DNA of 64,000 nt from Dendrobates tinctorius (taxonomy: Eukaryota): positions 7,378,001 through 7,442,000 of the forward strand of contig NW_027361702.1 of the NCBI RefSeq assembly GCF_039654945.1, given 5' to 3'. Positions 23,221 through 35,208 of this stretch are shown here, in pieces (position 1 is the stretch's first letter; each line of letters opens with the position of its first letter). Position numbers and translations under genes: made by a program. The notes under the pieces were generated by a model, which worked only from the letters and a program-made list of their open reading frames with translations, had not been told where the DNA came from and made no database searches.

Positions 23221-24255
23221 AGAGCAGTGCAGCTGACACACAGTGCGGTCTATCAGAGGTGGCCGGTCTCCTGGGCAAGGAGAGCAGTGCAGCTGACACA
23301 CAGTGCGGTCTATCAGAGGTGGCCGGTCTCCTGGGCAAGGAGCCCAGTGCAGCTGACACACAGTGCGGTCTATCAGAGGTGGCCGGTCTCCTGGGCAAGG
23401 AGCGCAGTGCAGCTGACACACAGTGCGGTCTATCAGAGGTGGCCGGTCTCCTGGGCAAGGAGCCCAGTGCAGCTGACACACAGTGCGGTCTATCAGAGGT
23501 GGCCGGTCTCCTGGGCAAGGAGCGCAGTGCAGCTGACACACAGTGCGGTCTATCAGAGGTGGCCGGTCTCCTGGGCAAGGAGCGCAGTACAGCTGACACA
23601 CAGTGCGGTCTATCAGAGGTGGCCGGTCTCCTGGGCAAGGAGCGCAGTGCAGCTGACACACAGTGCGGTCTATCAGAGGTGGCCGGTCTCCTGGGCAAGG
23701 AGCGCAGTGCAGCTGACACACAATGCGGTCTATCAGAGGTGGCCGGTCTCCTGGGCAAGGAGCGCAGTGCAGCTGACACACAGTGCGGTCTATCAGAGGT
23801 GGCCGGTCTCCTGGGCAAGGAGCGCAGTACAGCTGACACACAGTGCGGTCTATCAGAGGTGGCCGGTCTCCTGGGCAAGGAGCGCAGTGCAGCTGACACA
23901 CAGTGCGGTCTATCAGAGGTGGCCGGTCTCCTGGGCAAGGAGCGCAGTACAGCTGACACACAGTGCGGTCTATCAGAGGTGGCCGGTCTCCTGGGCAAGG
24001 AGCGCAGTGCAGCTGACACACAGTGCGGTCTATCAGAGGTGGCCGGTCTCCTGGGCAAGGAGCGCAGTGCAGCTGACACACAGTGCGGTCTATCAGAGGT
24101 GGCCGGTCTCCTGGGCAAGGAGAGCAGTGCAGCTGACACACAGTGCGGTCTATCAGAGGTGGCCGGTCTCCTGGGCAAGGAGAGCAGTGGAGCTGACACA
24201 CAGTGCGGCCTATCAGAGGTAGCCAGTCTCCTGGGCAAGGAGTGCAGTGCAGCTG
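23221..24255. repeat. 60-bp GC-rich minisatellite, 17 full copies plus a partial copy
   Basis: Unit agcgcagtgcagctgacacacagtgcggtctatcagaggtggccggtctcctgggcaagg; copies are nearly identical. Confidence 0.98.
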
Positions 24256-24693
24256 GATCTGCTCTTGCATTGCTCCCACGATGCTGAGGCTAAGCTACCT
24301 GTGCTTGTTCCATTGCAGAACATACCGTTCAGGCCAACGGCACCCCCTATGGACTGAAAGGTCACGAGACACCCCCTTTAAATCAGCCACTTCTATCGTG
24401 TATTTGTAGGACATCATAGGAAGCCTTTTCTCCACTTTCCCCAGGGAATATGAAGCGCCTGTCTGCATCCTGCATAAAGATGAAACCATGCTATAGAAAT
24501 CTGACCCTCTAGTGTGGGGGATTGGGGTGTCTGTCCCTGTGGGGTGCACTTACATAGAGATGGGCAGTCGCTTGATCTCATAGTGTCACTAATTGGATGT
24601 AGGACAGACACTGTGCACCACATCTGTGTGACCAGCAGCCTAGAAAGGAAAGGCCGGGGTGTGAGTGATTGTTCATCAGTGTATTATGCCTTT

Positions 24694-25000
24694 GGGCTAT
24701 GTGCACACGGTGCGGATTCTGCTGCGGATCCGCAGCGGTTTTGGCCCTGCGGCTCTGCAGCAGATTTAGGTGCGTTGTACAGTACCATTGTTTTAAATGG
24801 TAAACTGGAAAACGCTGTCCACATGCTGCAGATTTGCTGCGGGTTACAATCCGCAGCATGTCAATTCTTTTGTGCAGAACCGCTGCGGTTTCACACCTAT
24901 CCATTATGAGGTGTAAAACCGCAGATAAACCACAGGACTTTAGTTCTGCGGATTTAACTACAAAATCTGCAGATCCAAAAAACTCTGTGTGCACTTACCC
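24694..25000. mobile_element. Harbinger-type MITE
   Basis: GGGCTATGTGCACAC...GTGTGCACTTACCC termini and internal GCGGAT/ATCCGC motifs. Confidence 0.7.
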
Positions 25001-25929
25001 TTACCATGGCGGCTGCTGCATCCCGCACTGCACTCGTATCGTCACCAGACGTTGGGAAATACGGCTGTGTTCTTTCTGTGATGCTTTTTTTTTTATTTAA
25101 TGCACGTTTTAGTAAGTTAGGCCTCATTCAGATGCCGGTTTTTTTACCACGTGCTAGAAAAATGGGCAGATTTTTTGCATAAGACTTTAATCAGATTGAG
25201 ATCCAAGTGTGAAGAAAAAAATACAGAAAGTTTCTCCAACTTCTATTCTGATTTTTCATGAAAGTCGGATGTGTGAAGAGAGTAGTTGTCAGTTTGGTAA
25301 CGGGACGGCATTTCATTGAGCCACGCCAGCTGTTTGGGATGATTGTGGCCAATCACCGGATTGGACAGGTCTGGTATAAAGGGCAGAGGTCACCACTGAT
25401 TGTGCTGTGTGCCCCTGGGAAGCAGTGGTGAGTAAAGTGGCTTGGGTGGGAAGGATTGCGTTAAGCTTGGTTATTCAGGGCTTTCATATAATGTTAGTGA
25501 TCTAGGCTTTTCTCTTGTAATATTTGTGTTGTTTTTGCTGACTTGCATGAGGCTGGTGATTCTGGAAGGGTCATTTTCATCAAACTTGCTAGAGGCCATC
25601 CCGTGGGCTTGCGCCCCCCAAACTGTCCTAGTATATGTGCGGGGCATGTGCCATGTGTTTTGTGCCCCTAAATGTTTAATATATTAGTATTACCCATGGA
25701 AGCACTGTGCGCTCGCTGCTTGTGGCCTTTATTAGGTGTATGACTTGGCTTATGCTCTTATAGTTGGGGGCAGTAATAAACCCCCAACAGACTCGTGGAT
25801 GATGGGCGCCACTAGAGAAGAGATGGCTATAACTGCAAATGAGCGCTAAATACAACCTTTTTTTTTTTTTTTTTTCTCTTTTCTCCAGATCATCCTTTTA
25901 TTATTTTATCCGTCTAGCTTATTTTAGTT

Positions 25930-26016
25930 ATGGATCATCGTCATGTTGACTTCACCTCCCCGTTATCCATTGAGGCTTTGTGTGACTTGCTTAACAACTC
26001 TGAAGATGACACTGAA
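25930..26016 (+). CDS. dnaaf6: dnaaf6 coding exon 1
   Basis: Strong acceptor ending 25888; ATG 25930; [29 protein letters not shown]; donor GTAAGT. Confidence 0.85.
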
Positions 26017-29000
26017 GTAAGTATGAAGAGTGTTTGTTTTTATAAAAAAAAAAAACGTAAAAATGGAGATTCTGTATAAAACCAGTATTTGGGGGGGGGG
26101 GAAATGTACCGGTGCCATTAATGGTTTTTGGAAAAGAAATGACAACTTCTCCTATACTTTCAATGTTAGACATGTGGAGCACATGGACTGTAACAATACC
26201 AGCCTTGTGCTGTATGTTTTTCAGCCTTGTGTTGGTCCTTGTCATTCATGGTGCCGGGAAAGACTTGTGAGCAGCACCGTAGGTTATAATGGGCACGTGT
26301 GAGATGAAACACTGACGTGTGAAGGGGCCCACAGATGTAAGGGGTTCTGTGATCTGGATGGAAGCAGTGAGAAGAGCTGTAGATGAGCTACTATTTGCAT
26401 ACAGCCGCTGACCTCTAGTTCTCAGCAGCTTCCAATGCACTGCTCCATTCACTATGCATCCTGCCGACACTACTGATCACTGGGGAATCTGGGCATTCAG
26501 CTGCCACCAGTCCAGTGTTCATCACCAATTCTCAGGATGTTAGTTATATGCTTAAAGAAACTTTACCTTCTCAAAATATATCTAATTTTTTTTTTTTTTT
26601 TGGTGTACAAAGTCCCATTGGGGCATACTTCTCAGCAGGGCTGTGGAGTCGGTAAGCCACAGTTGCGACTCCGACTCCTGGATTTTATCAGGCTCCGACT
26701 CCTTCATAAATGGCCAATTCATAACAAATTTACTGTTGTAAAATATTAAACATCGTGCTTATTCAGTTTCTCACCATCATATAAGTAATCAGACCACTTA
26801 GAGCAAAAACTACATTTATTAGAATATAGCAAATAACTTTTATAAACTTTTCTAAACTGTAAGTAAATATGCAATAAACACTTTTATGCAGTTAATAAGA
26901 AGAAATCTATAAATTTGTCCTCAGAAAAAGTATTGCCTCTGTCAGATCCTCCTTCATGGATGCCCTCAAATCTGATCTAATTATTTTGAGAGCAGAGAAC
27001 AACCTCTCTACACTAACTTGTGTTTGTGGCAAAGCAGTAACCACTCGGGCAACATCTCTGACAATGTCAGGATACAGAGGAATCGCTTGTTGCACTGTTT
27101 TTTTTGATGAACGGTCAAATTTCTCAATTTCTTTTAGTGCACATGAAAAATTCTGCTGAAATGTACTGGCTGTGTTCCTTGATGGGGATGACTCTTCTAT
27201 GCGGGAACGCTTTGCACGGTCCTTGTGATCCAAATATTTTTCAAAATTAAACTCTTCATCAGTTGATGATGAGGGTGAAGATGTGGCAGGACGACCAAAT
27301 TCTTCTTGTTCCTCCTGACTGTTCTGCAACCCTTTCATCCTTACTGCTATTTCAAACAGAGCTTCTTTTCCTTTACTTAGCTGTTGATCATCTAGAAGAA
27401 TCCAATGCATTGGGTCTACATAAACAGCTGCCAAAAGAATGTTATTTTGTAATAGTAGCTCCTCTCTCCGTTTCATTGATGTAGCAATGCCACTTGCAAT
27501 TAACCCTCCTCTTTGGGACAGGCGAGACATCAGGTTCTTCCACTCCTTTAAGAAAATACCTGGAGTTAAGTCCTCTGCTTGTAATTTTTTAGTCACTGTA
27601 AATGGGTGCTCTAGCAATTTTTCCAGCTCAGTCACCTGATTCCACTGACTTTCATTTAGCGTCAGTTGAGGGTTAGCAATGTCTACAAAGGTTTTCAGTT
27701 CAACCAAGCGCTGAATCATTAAGTAAGTACTGCCCCATCGTGTGGCTTGATCAATAATTGCCCCTTTTCCAGCACGTCTCTTCAAAATTGAGTCAACTTT
27801 AGGGGTTCTGGCAACAGTAGCCAATTTTCTCACCTTGCCAATCAGTGCAGCAGCATGTCCTTCTTGCAGACTGTCTCTTATAGCCAGCTGTAGCGTATGC
27901 ACAACACGGCGCATGTGATGAATGAAAGAACATATTGACACAGTTTCAACAAGATCATCTAAACTATCATGTTGCTGTTCATCTGAAGCAACTTCAGTTT
28001 GCTCCTCAGTTACAATACTGTGTTCCTCTATTTCAAACATTTCTGTGTCTGTGGACCCAGAATGTTCTTCTAGCTGCTGGTCACCATCATTACTCTCATT
28101 CATTAGCTTAATAGTACTTATCATATTTGAAGCATTGTCAGTTACGACAGAAAGAACTTGCTCTTTTTTAAGTTCATAGTCTTGCAGAACCTTTTCCACC
28201 AACACCTGGAGAAACTCACTGGTGTGATGAGCTTTGGTGTCTTTTACTGCCAATGTCTTGGTAACTATTTCATTTTTGTCACAAACAAATCGGACATTGA
28301 TGGCAAAATAGTTCACTCTGTGACGTGTGCAGGCATCCATTTTAAGAAACAGAAAGCGTCCCTTGAGAGTTTTTTTAAGTTCTTCCTTTTGTTTAAAAGC
28401 TTCTTCGATTACTAATTTTCTAATACACTCTCTCTCTCTCTCTCCAGAGAAACACCAAGCTTGCGGGCCATTTCCCCATTCAGACACACAAAAGCTGGTC
28501 GTGAAAATAATGAAATAGGCACACTATCCTTTACAACAAGCTCTATGATCTGTTTTTTAAATGTATCTACTGTCATTGTCACAGTAACTTTGTCACTGAC
28601 AAAATATCTTGCAACTGATGGCTGCAAAGTTGTCTGCTCCTTTGTTTGGCTGGAAGAGCTGGGCACTGGTTCATTGGTTTGGATGCAGTCTTTCTCATCC
28701 ACTGCTTTCAGTACTTCTGGATGAAAGCGCTGTAAATGTCTCTTTAGATTAGAAGCTCTGGTAGGAGCATTTTTATCTTTGCCTGAATATGCACTCATCT
28801 TGGCTTCACAGCATTTGTTTTTGTCTGGATCATTTGTCATACACTGACAGACATAATGTTTTCTATCTTGAGTGATGGTGAAATGTTCAAATACAGCTGA
28901 TTTAATGTGATGCTTCTTTGACATTCTCAGGTTTTTAATTCTGCATTCACAATCCAAATGACAATTGTTTTTCCTAAAAACAATTGTACAAAATTATTGC

Positions 29001-32000
29001 CAGGTCGTACAACTGATATAGTGGTCAGTAATACTGTTATTATTCCTCATGTACTCACAGATAACTGATGCAAAGTTTGTTGAAAGGATAATACTTCTTA
29101 CAGTCTTCCTCTTCTGAGTAGCAGGCAGCTGTGAGATGCTTGGAAGACGCACACCTAGTATGATCTAGTCTAGAGGAGGAGCTTTACTACTAAGAATTTG
29201 CAACACATTTTCACTTTCAGTTACTTACATTGTAAGTAGGGGGGTTGGGGCAGCATGAGGTCAACCAAGTATAAGATTAGATAAGGGCAGTGGAGAACAG
29301 TGACACACAAGAAGTAAGAAATGTCTATCTCCAGCAGAACTGCTTATCACTGTTGTTCATAGTTTGATAGAACATATATATTTGAGTAACATTTATAAAA
29401 TTCATATGAAAGTTCAATTATGAAATATTAATACCTTTTTTTTTAAAGCTGGAGTCAGTACATTTCTACCGACTCCGACTCCACAGCCCTGCTTCTCAGT
29501 TCTGTCTAAAACCACTTTCTGGCCCATGTAACTTGATAAGAGCCCCATCCATCACACTGGCGCTTGCTGCACACTATACTGGGCACTAGTGAGTTGTATA
29601 AAGAATCGACTTCCATTAACAGTTTGTCCATACTTTGACTCTTCCCTCAACCGACTTCACTGGAACAGCACACAGTAAAACTGCCGCCGGCCATTACGTC
29701 CAAACTCTTCCCCAATATAGTTGGAAGAACTCGTTAATGTTGTGTCTGACGGCCAAGAAGACTAATGGCTCTATAAATCACTGATCTAGATTTAGAACCA
29801 GATAAATAAACTATAGATATTAAAGGTATTTGTAGTTTTGTGGAATGTCTAAAAAAAAAAAAAAAGTGGACCCCAGCCAGTCATCCAAAGACCGATCGAG
29901 GAGCTAGAATAAATGGGCTTGGCTCCCTTGTATTCATGTCTGTCACATGTTTCTCTTTCTCCCAATCAGAGCCTTTCGGCATCCTGTGGGATGAATCCAG
30001 GGAACATTGGACCCGTAGAGCCAGGAAAAAAAGCTACTGCTTGTAAGTATTTGTGATCTAAGCTGCGTAGGGGGGCTAGCATCTGTATGACTTGCAACAG
30101 AAGTCCTTTACCCCCCCCCCCCCCCCCCAACAAAAAAAAGCGCCATACAAAAGAACTGACGTCGTTGTGTTCACGGCCATTGTTTGTCACTATGTTTAAC
30201 CCCTTATGAGTTAGTAAATTGTGGTGGGTTTAACCCCTTAATGTCCAAGGACTGACATAGCCCATCTTGGCCGGATATCTGTTCCTGCACCAGGACGGGC
30301 TATGTCCATTGTGACTTTGAACTGTCACTGTAAACATGCAGTGGTAGTAAGTGCAGACAGTGGTCTGTGACAACTGAGGGGCACGGAAGGAGGTGCAGGG
30401 ACGCATGCTGTCGGTCCCCGCACCCAGATCGTTGTGATCGGTCAATCTGACTGATCACAGCATGATCGCGCAGGAGATGCTGAAATATCAGCACCTCCTG
30501 CCCGATCAGTACAGCAGTTCGGCTCTGCCGGTGGCAAAGTGTGGGCACCGCCTCTGGATGTTAACCCCCCCCCTAAATCCTTAGAGGGAGCCTGTCACAC
30601 CCCCCCCCCCCCCCAGGCATCTTGTAAAAGAGCCACCTTGTGCAGCACTAATGCTGCATTTTGTCAAGGTGGCTTTTTTTTTTTTTTTTTATTTTTTTTT
30701 TTTTTTTGCGTCCCTTCCACCGCAGAAATCGCTTTAAAATTTTGTCCGTCATACCTGTAGTTTGTCCAGGGGGCAGGTCTTTGTCCCCCCTTCCCCAGGC
30801 GCCTCACAGCCATCAGTCATGTCCTCCTTTCGAATTTGGTGCCACCTCCTCTGCGTTCTTTCCTCTTCCTGGTGCCTGCGCTGTAATATTTCTTGGGCAT
30901 GTGCAGTTAGTGCTGCCCATCCTATGACATCACATGTCTTGCTTATCCCGCCCCGCAGTCTCTTCTGATTTATTCACACTGCGGGGCAGGGAATCTTGGG
31001 CATGTGCGTTAGTTCTCTGCGGCTTTCCCTCAAATCCCTCTGCCTCTTTCATACTGTGCAGCGTCATGGGAATTAGTGATGAGCTGACGATCCCAATGAC
31101 TCTGCACAGTAGGAAAGAAGTGGAGGGATTTGAGGGAGAGCCGCAGAGAACTAACGCACATGCCCAAGATTCCTATCCCCGCAGTGTGAATAAATCAGAA
31201 GAGACTGCTCACAGCATGGTGTCAGAAACTTTCAGTATACATATAGTGCATTGCACTATACATGCAGTCAAAATAAAGTGCCTAATTGAAAGCGCACATA
31301 TCTGATATCACCGTGTCAAGAACAACCCGATCTTGAAACGTCACACTAGTTAACCCCTTGAGTGAATGCTGTTAAAAAAATAAAATAAATGGCAAACTAT
31401 ACTCAATCCTTTCTTGTACCACTGGGGGAAAAAGTGGAATAAAATGCGATCAAAAAGTCTACTGTAAATAAAAATGGTACAGATGAAAAGTCATTTTGTC
31501 CAGCAAAAAAACAAGCCGCCATACAGCTCCGTCAGAATAAAGCGATGGAAAAAAAAAAAAAAAACTTCTGTAAAGTTTGTGGCAGCAGCCAAAATGTAAA
31601 AAAAATGAATAAATCTGTAATTGCACTGACCTTAAGGAATAAAGTTCTCTAATCATGAGGAACAATAAAAAAAAAAAAAAAAAAAAAAAGCTCAGCTGTT
31701 CATTCTGCCTTCTGAAGATCCCAGTAAGGGTATGTGCAGAATCTGCATCTACTGGCATAATCCACAGGTCAAAATTCTTTTTTTTTTTTTTTTTTTTTTT
31801 TTCGGATCTGGCATGCGTTCTTACACCCACTCCATGCGGAGCCGCAAAAAGAACTGACATGCTGCTTAAAATAAACCACTGCAGATTTTTCCTCTCCATT
31901 GATTTACATTGTACTGTAAGTCACTTGCGGTTCTGCAGTGTTTCTGTACAGAAGATCCGCAGTAAATCTGCAACGTGTGCACATAGCTTAAGGCTCGGCA

Positions 32001-35000
32001 CATGATTATCCTACTCTGCGCTGAGCGCTTACATCGAGGTTTCCGTGTAAATCTCTGAAATAATCGATTCAGATGGAAGCCTGACTGGATCTATGCCTCT
32101 TGATGACCCCCTGTGGTGCCTTAATCCCCAGGGCACCTTTGTCAGGTCTGGGAGGCCTGAAAGCCACCCCAGCCTGTCTGGCTGCCCATGGACATATGGA
32201 GGACAGAAGCTGCTGAAGTCAAACCCTGTGTGGCGATGATCGTGTGAAGACGGCACGTCACAAGGGGAAGCATATGGACCCATCTTATCATCTGCTGGAT
32301 TTTTGGACTCTTCTCCTTGGACATTCATCCTGTTACTGAACTGCATTCTTGTTCTGGACTATTGTATCCTCAGTGTGGTGGATTGTTTATGGACCTTTTA
32401 GTTTTGCCTATAATAAAGGTCTTGGGATTGTTCACACTTCCCTTGCTCTGAGTGGTATCGGAGAAGGACCCTGTGACAAACGCTGTGCTGGATGTTCTGT
32501 ACCCCCCCCCATTTACTTAACTGTTTGCTGACCCCAGACATCCAGGGTTCACTCATCTCTAGCTGTGATGAGAGCTGCTGTTCTGGAAGCTGGAGGAGAG
32601 GCTATGCTTACACAAACTGGATGGCTTCTTCTCTGCTAAGTGCAGATGTTCTGTATTTTATAGAAGCTAAAACACAAATTGGTTTGAGTTGATATATCTG
32701 GTTAAAGGGAATCTGTCACCCCATTGTTGGCCTGTGAGATGCAGCCACCGCCATAGGGGGGGCTTATCTACAGCATTCTGTAATGCTGTAGACAAGCCCC
32801 CAATGTAATCTGAAAGATGAGAAAAACAAATTGGATTATACTCACCCAGGAGTCCGGTCTGGTGCCTCCCATCTCCTAGCGATGTCCTCCTTTCTTCCAC
32901 AGCTCCTGTGCAGGCATACTTACTCTGCCCTGTTGAGGGCAGAGAGTACTGCAGTGCGCCAGGAAAGGTCAGAGGTCTGGTACCTGCACACTGCAGTACT
33001 CTGTAATGTTGCATAAACGCAACATGTGAACATGGCCTTACTAAGGATTGGTTTTTTTTCAAGGTGAAACTTTTGCCTATCCTCTTACCCTGACTTCTGT
33101 TCCTCTCTTATAGCATTTCAAAAAGACAAAAGCACTAAGGCGATATGGAGTGTCTCTGAAGTTCCTGATGGGTCTGAATTTGATGACTCTTTGGACCCGC
33201 GAAAACAGCCAAAGTACAGTGAGATCTCATATCTGAATAGATCAGGTTATGATTACACAGATACAGAACGCTAATTCTCTTTCAGATACGAGATGCATTT
33301 TAAGCAGAGAGTTGGAACTGAAGATCTCTTTACGGGCTTGAGTCGAAAGAACCCGTCCACAGCCTGCTGCGAGGATCTAGTGGTAAGCGGCTGCTAACAA
33401 TGTGCTCGGATGTGAGTAGTGACTGTCATTTGCTTAAACATTTCAGGAAAAATACAAGTGTGCAGTAGTTCTGATTTTCCCCTTAAGTGAATGGTTTTCA
33501 CACAACTATACTCCCCACGCAAACACGGAGAATGTACAAACTCCTTGCAGATGTTGTCCTTGGTGGGATTTGAACCCAGGATTCTATAAAGTAAGCAAAT
33601 GCTAGCAATAATGAGATGAAAAGTGATTGCTACACTTTTAAATCTAAAATGGTTGGATTCCCCAAGTTTACAAATGCCTCACTGCTGCATTGTCATGAAT
33701 TTGTAGCCAGTGAGGACTCGGGCACAGCGTCCCACCAGTCTGACGCCATTTTTGCCTCACTTCCTCTTGGGGCTTCTGGAAGACACAAGGTGAAACAGCA
33801 TAAGATTGGTGGGATGCTGTGCCTGGGTCCTCATCAGCTGCACGTTTACTTATTCACCAGGTTAATTCCTAGCTCTGCAGGGTTTGGTTAGTGCACCTGG
33901 CTCACCTGCATATAACCAGGTGTTCATCTGAGTCAGTCTACTGGTGAAGCGGACCAGACTGGATGTGTCTTTAAGTTGGAGAAACAAGTATCAGTGGCTG
34001 CTATGGACGTTACCCTTTTTTTGGGTTTTTTTTTTTCTGTTTTTTTTTTTTTATTTGCTTTACCAAACCGGGGCCAGCTTGGCGGTGTCTGAAGTAATCG
34101 GGATCTATACTGTATTTAGTTAGCACCTAGGCAAGGCCAGGATTTGTCTGTGTCTTGGTACTGTCAAAAGCAATACACTGCAGTGCTTGTGTGAATGATG
34201 CCTAACAAAGTAAGTGAATCCTAGTTCCTACACCAGTGTTCCCCCCCCCCCCCCCCCCAAACTCCAGTCCTCAAGAGTCACCAACAGGTCATGTTTTCAG
34301 GATTTGCCTTAAAATTGCACAGGTGAGATGTGCTCACCTGTACAGGCAATAAGTCCACCACCTTGGCCACACTAAGGAAATTCTTAAAACCTGACATTTT
34401 GGTGGCTCTTGAGGACTGGAGTTGGGGTACACGGCCCTACGCTATTCCTATGGATTCATGACTGCAGCTGAGTGTTATTTAGGAACTTGGGGCTAAAATG
34501 GTTTGATCTCCAAGGGTAGCCATGGGTGTTCCTCTCTATTGCCTTTTACTCTAGACTACTGTGTTTAGCCCTTACAGTATTTCTGATTTGTCCAGGCTTG
34601 AGTGTTCTTTAGTGTCACTTTATATGCAAATTGCCTCTTCAGAGAGGAAGAAGACTTTAACTCTATAGCACCACCTATTTTAAGCAGCGATCATACAAGT
34701 CGTTATCAACCCTTAAACAAGTCTTGCAATATTACTAGGGTTAAAAGCCAAATAAAAATCTCAATTTCCAGACATGGTGTTTCAGGGTGCTGCCTCCTCA
34801 TCAGTGTAGAATGTGAAACTTGATTTGGCTAGGTGAATGGCCCCTGTCCAGAGCCCTGTGGGGTAACGTTTCTCCTTGTGGAGAGTTACCTACCAGCTCT
34901 GGCAGGTCAAGGTAAGGAGGCTTATTCACCATGTAAAGTTCCTCTGTGAAATTGAATATGCAAATTGCCTCTTCAGAGAGGAAGAGGACTTGCACTTTAT

Positions 35001-35177
35001 AGCACCACCTGTTAGAAGCATTTTATAAATGGCTGCATTGGTGTCCTGGGATCCCACTATTCCCATGCTGTGGGTATTGAAGTGAAGTGTTTTGCATTTA
35101 ATTTGAATTTTTCTGGACTACTATGATTTTGCAGTGTAAGTAATTTACACTGTAAGGCTGTGTGCCCATGATGCGAA

Positions 35178-35208
<31 letters not shown>

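Noticed and set aside
23221-24255. CRISPR-like regular array
   Set aside because: Units are contiguous and near-identical with no unique spacers; the context is eukaryotic with no cas genes.
22773-24287. 504-aa ORF and three overlapping 331-365-aa repeat ORFs
   Set aside because: They arise from a stop-free 60-bp minisatellite that is open on both strands; no domain signal, and the region lies in the dnaaf6 5' non-coding interval.
24319-24360. Possible 5'UTR exon of dnaaf6
   Set aside because: Reasonable acceptor but weak donor (GTCACG); cannot be supported without RNA data.
26907-28924. Domesticated ZBED gene
   Set aside because: Intact TIRs and TSD, a frameshift and an intronic location indicate a mobile copy.
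34620-35015. Duplicated block with CTCF-like gcaccacct motifs
   Set aside because: Degenerate matches within what looks like a dispersed repeat; no evidence of function.
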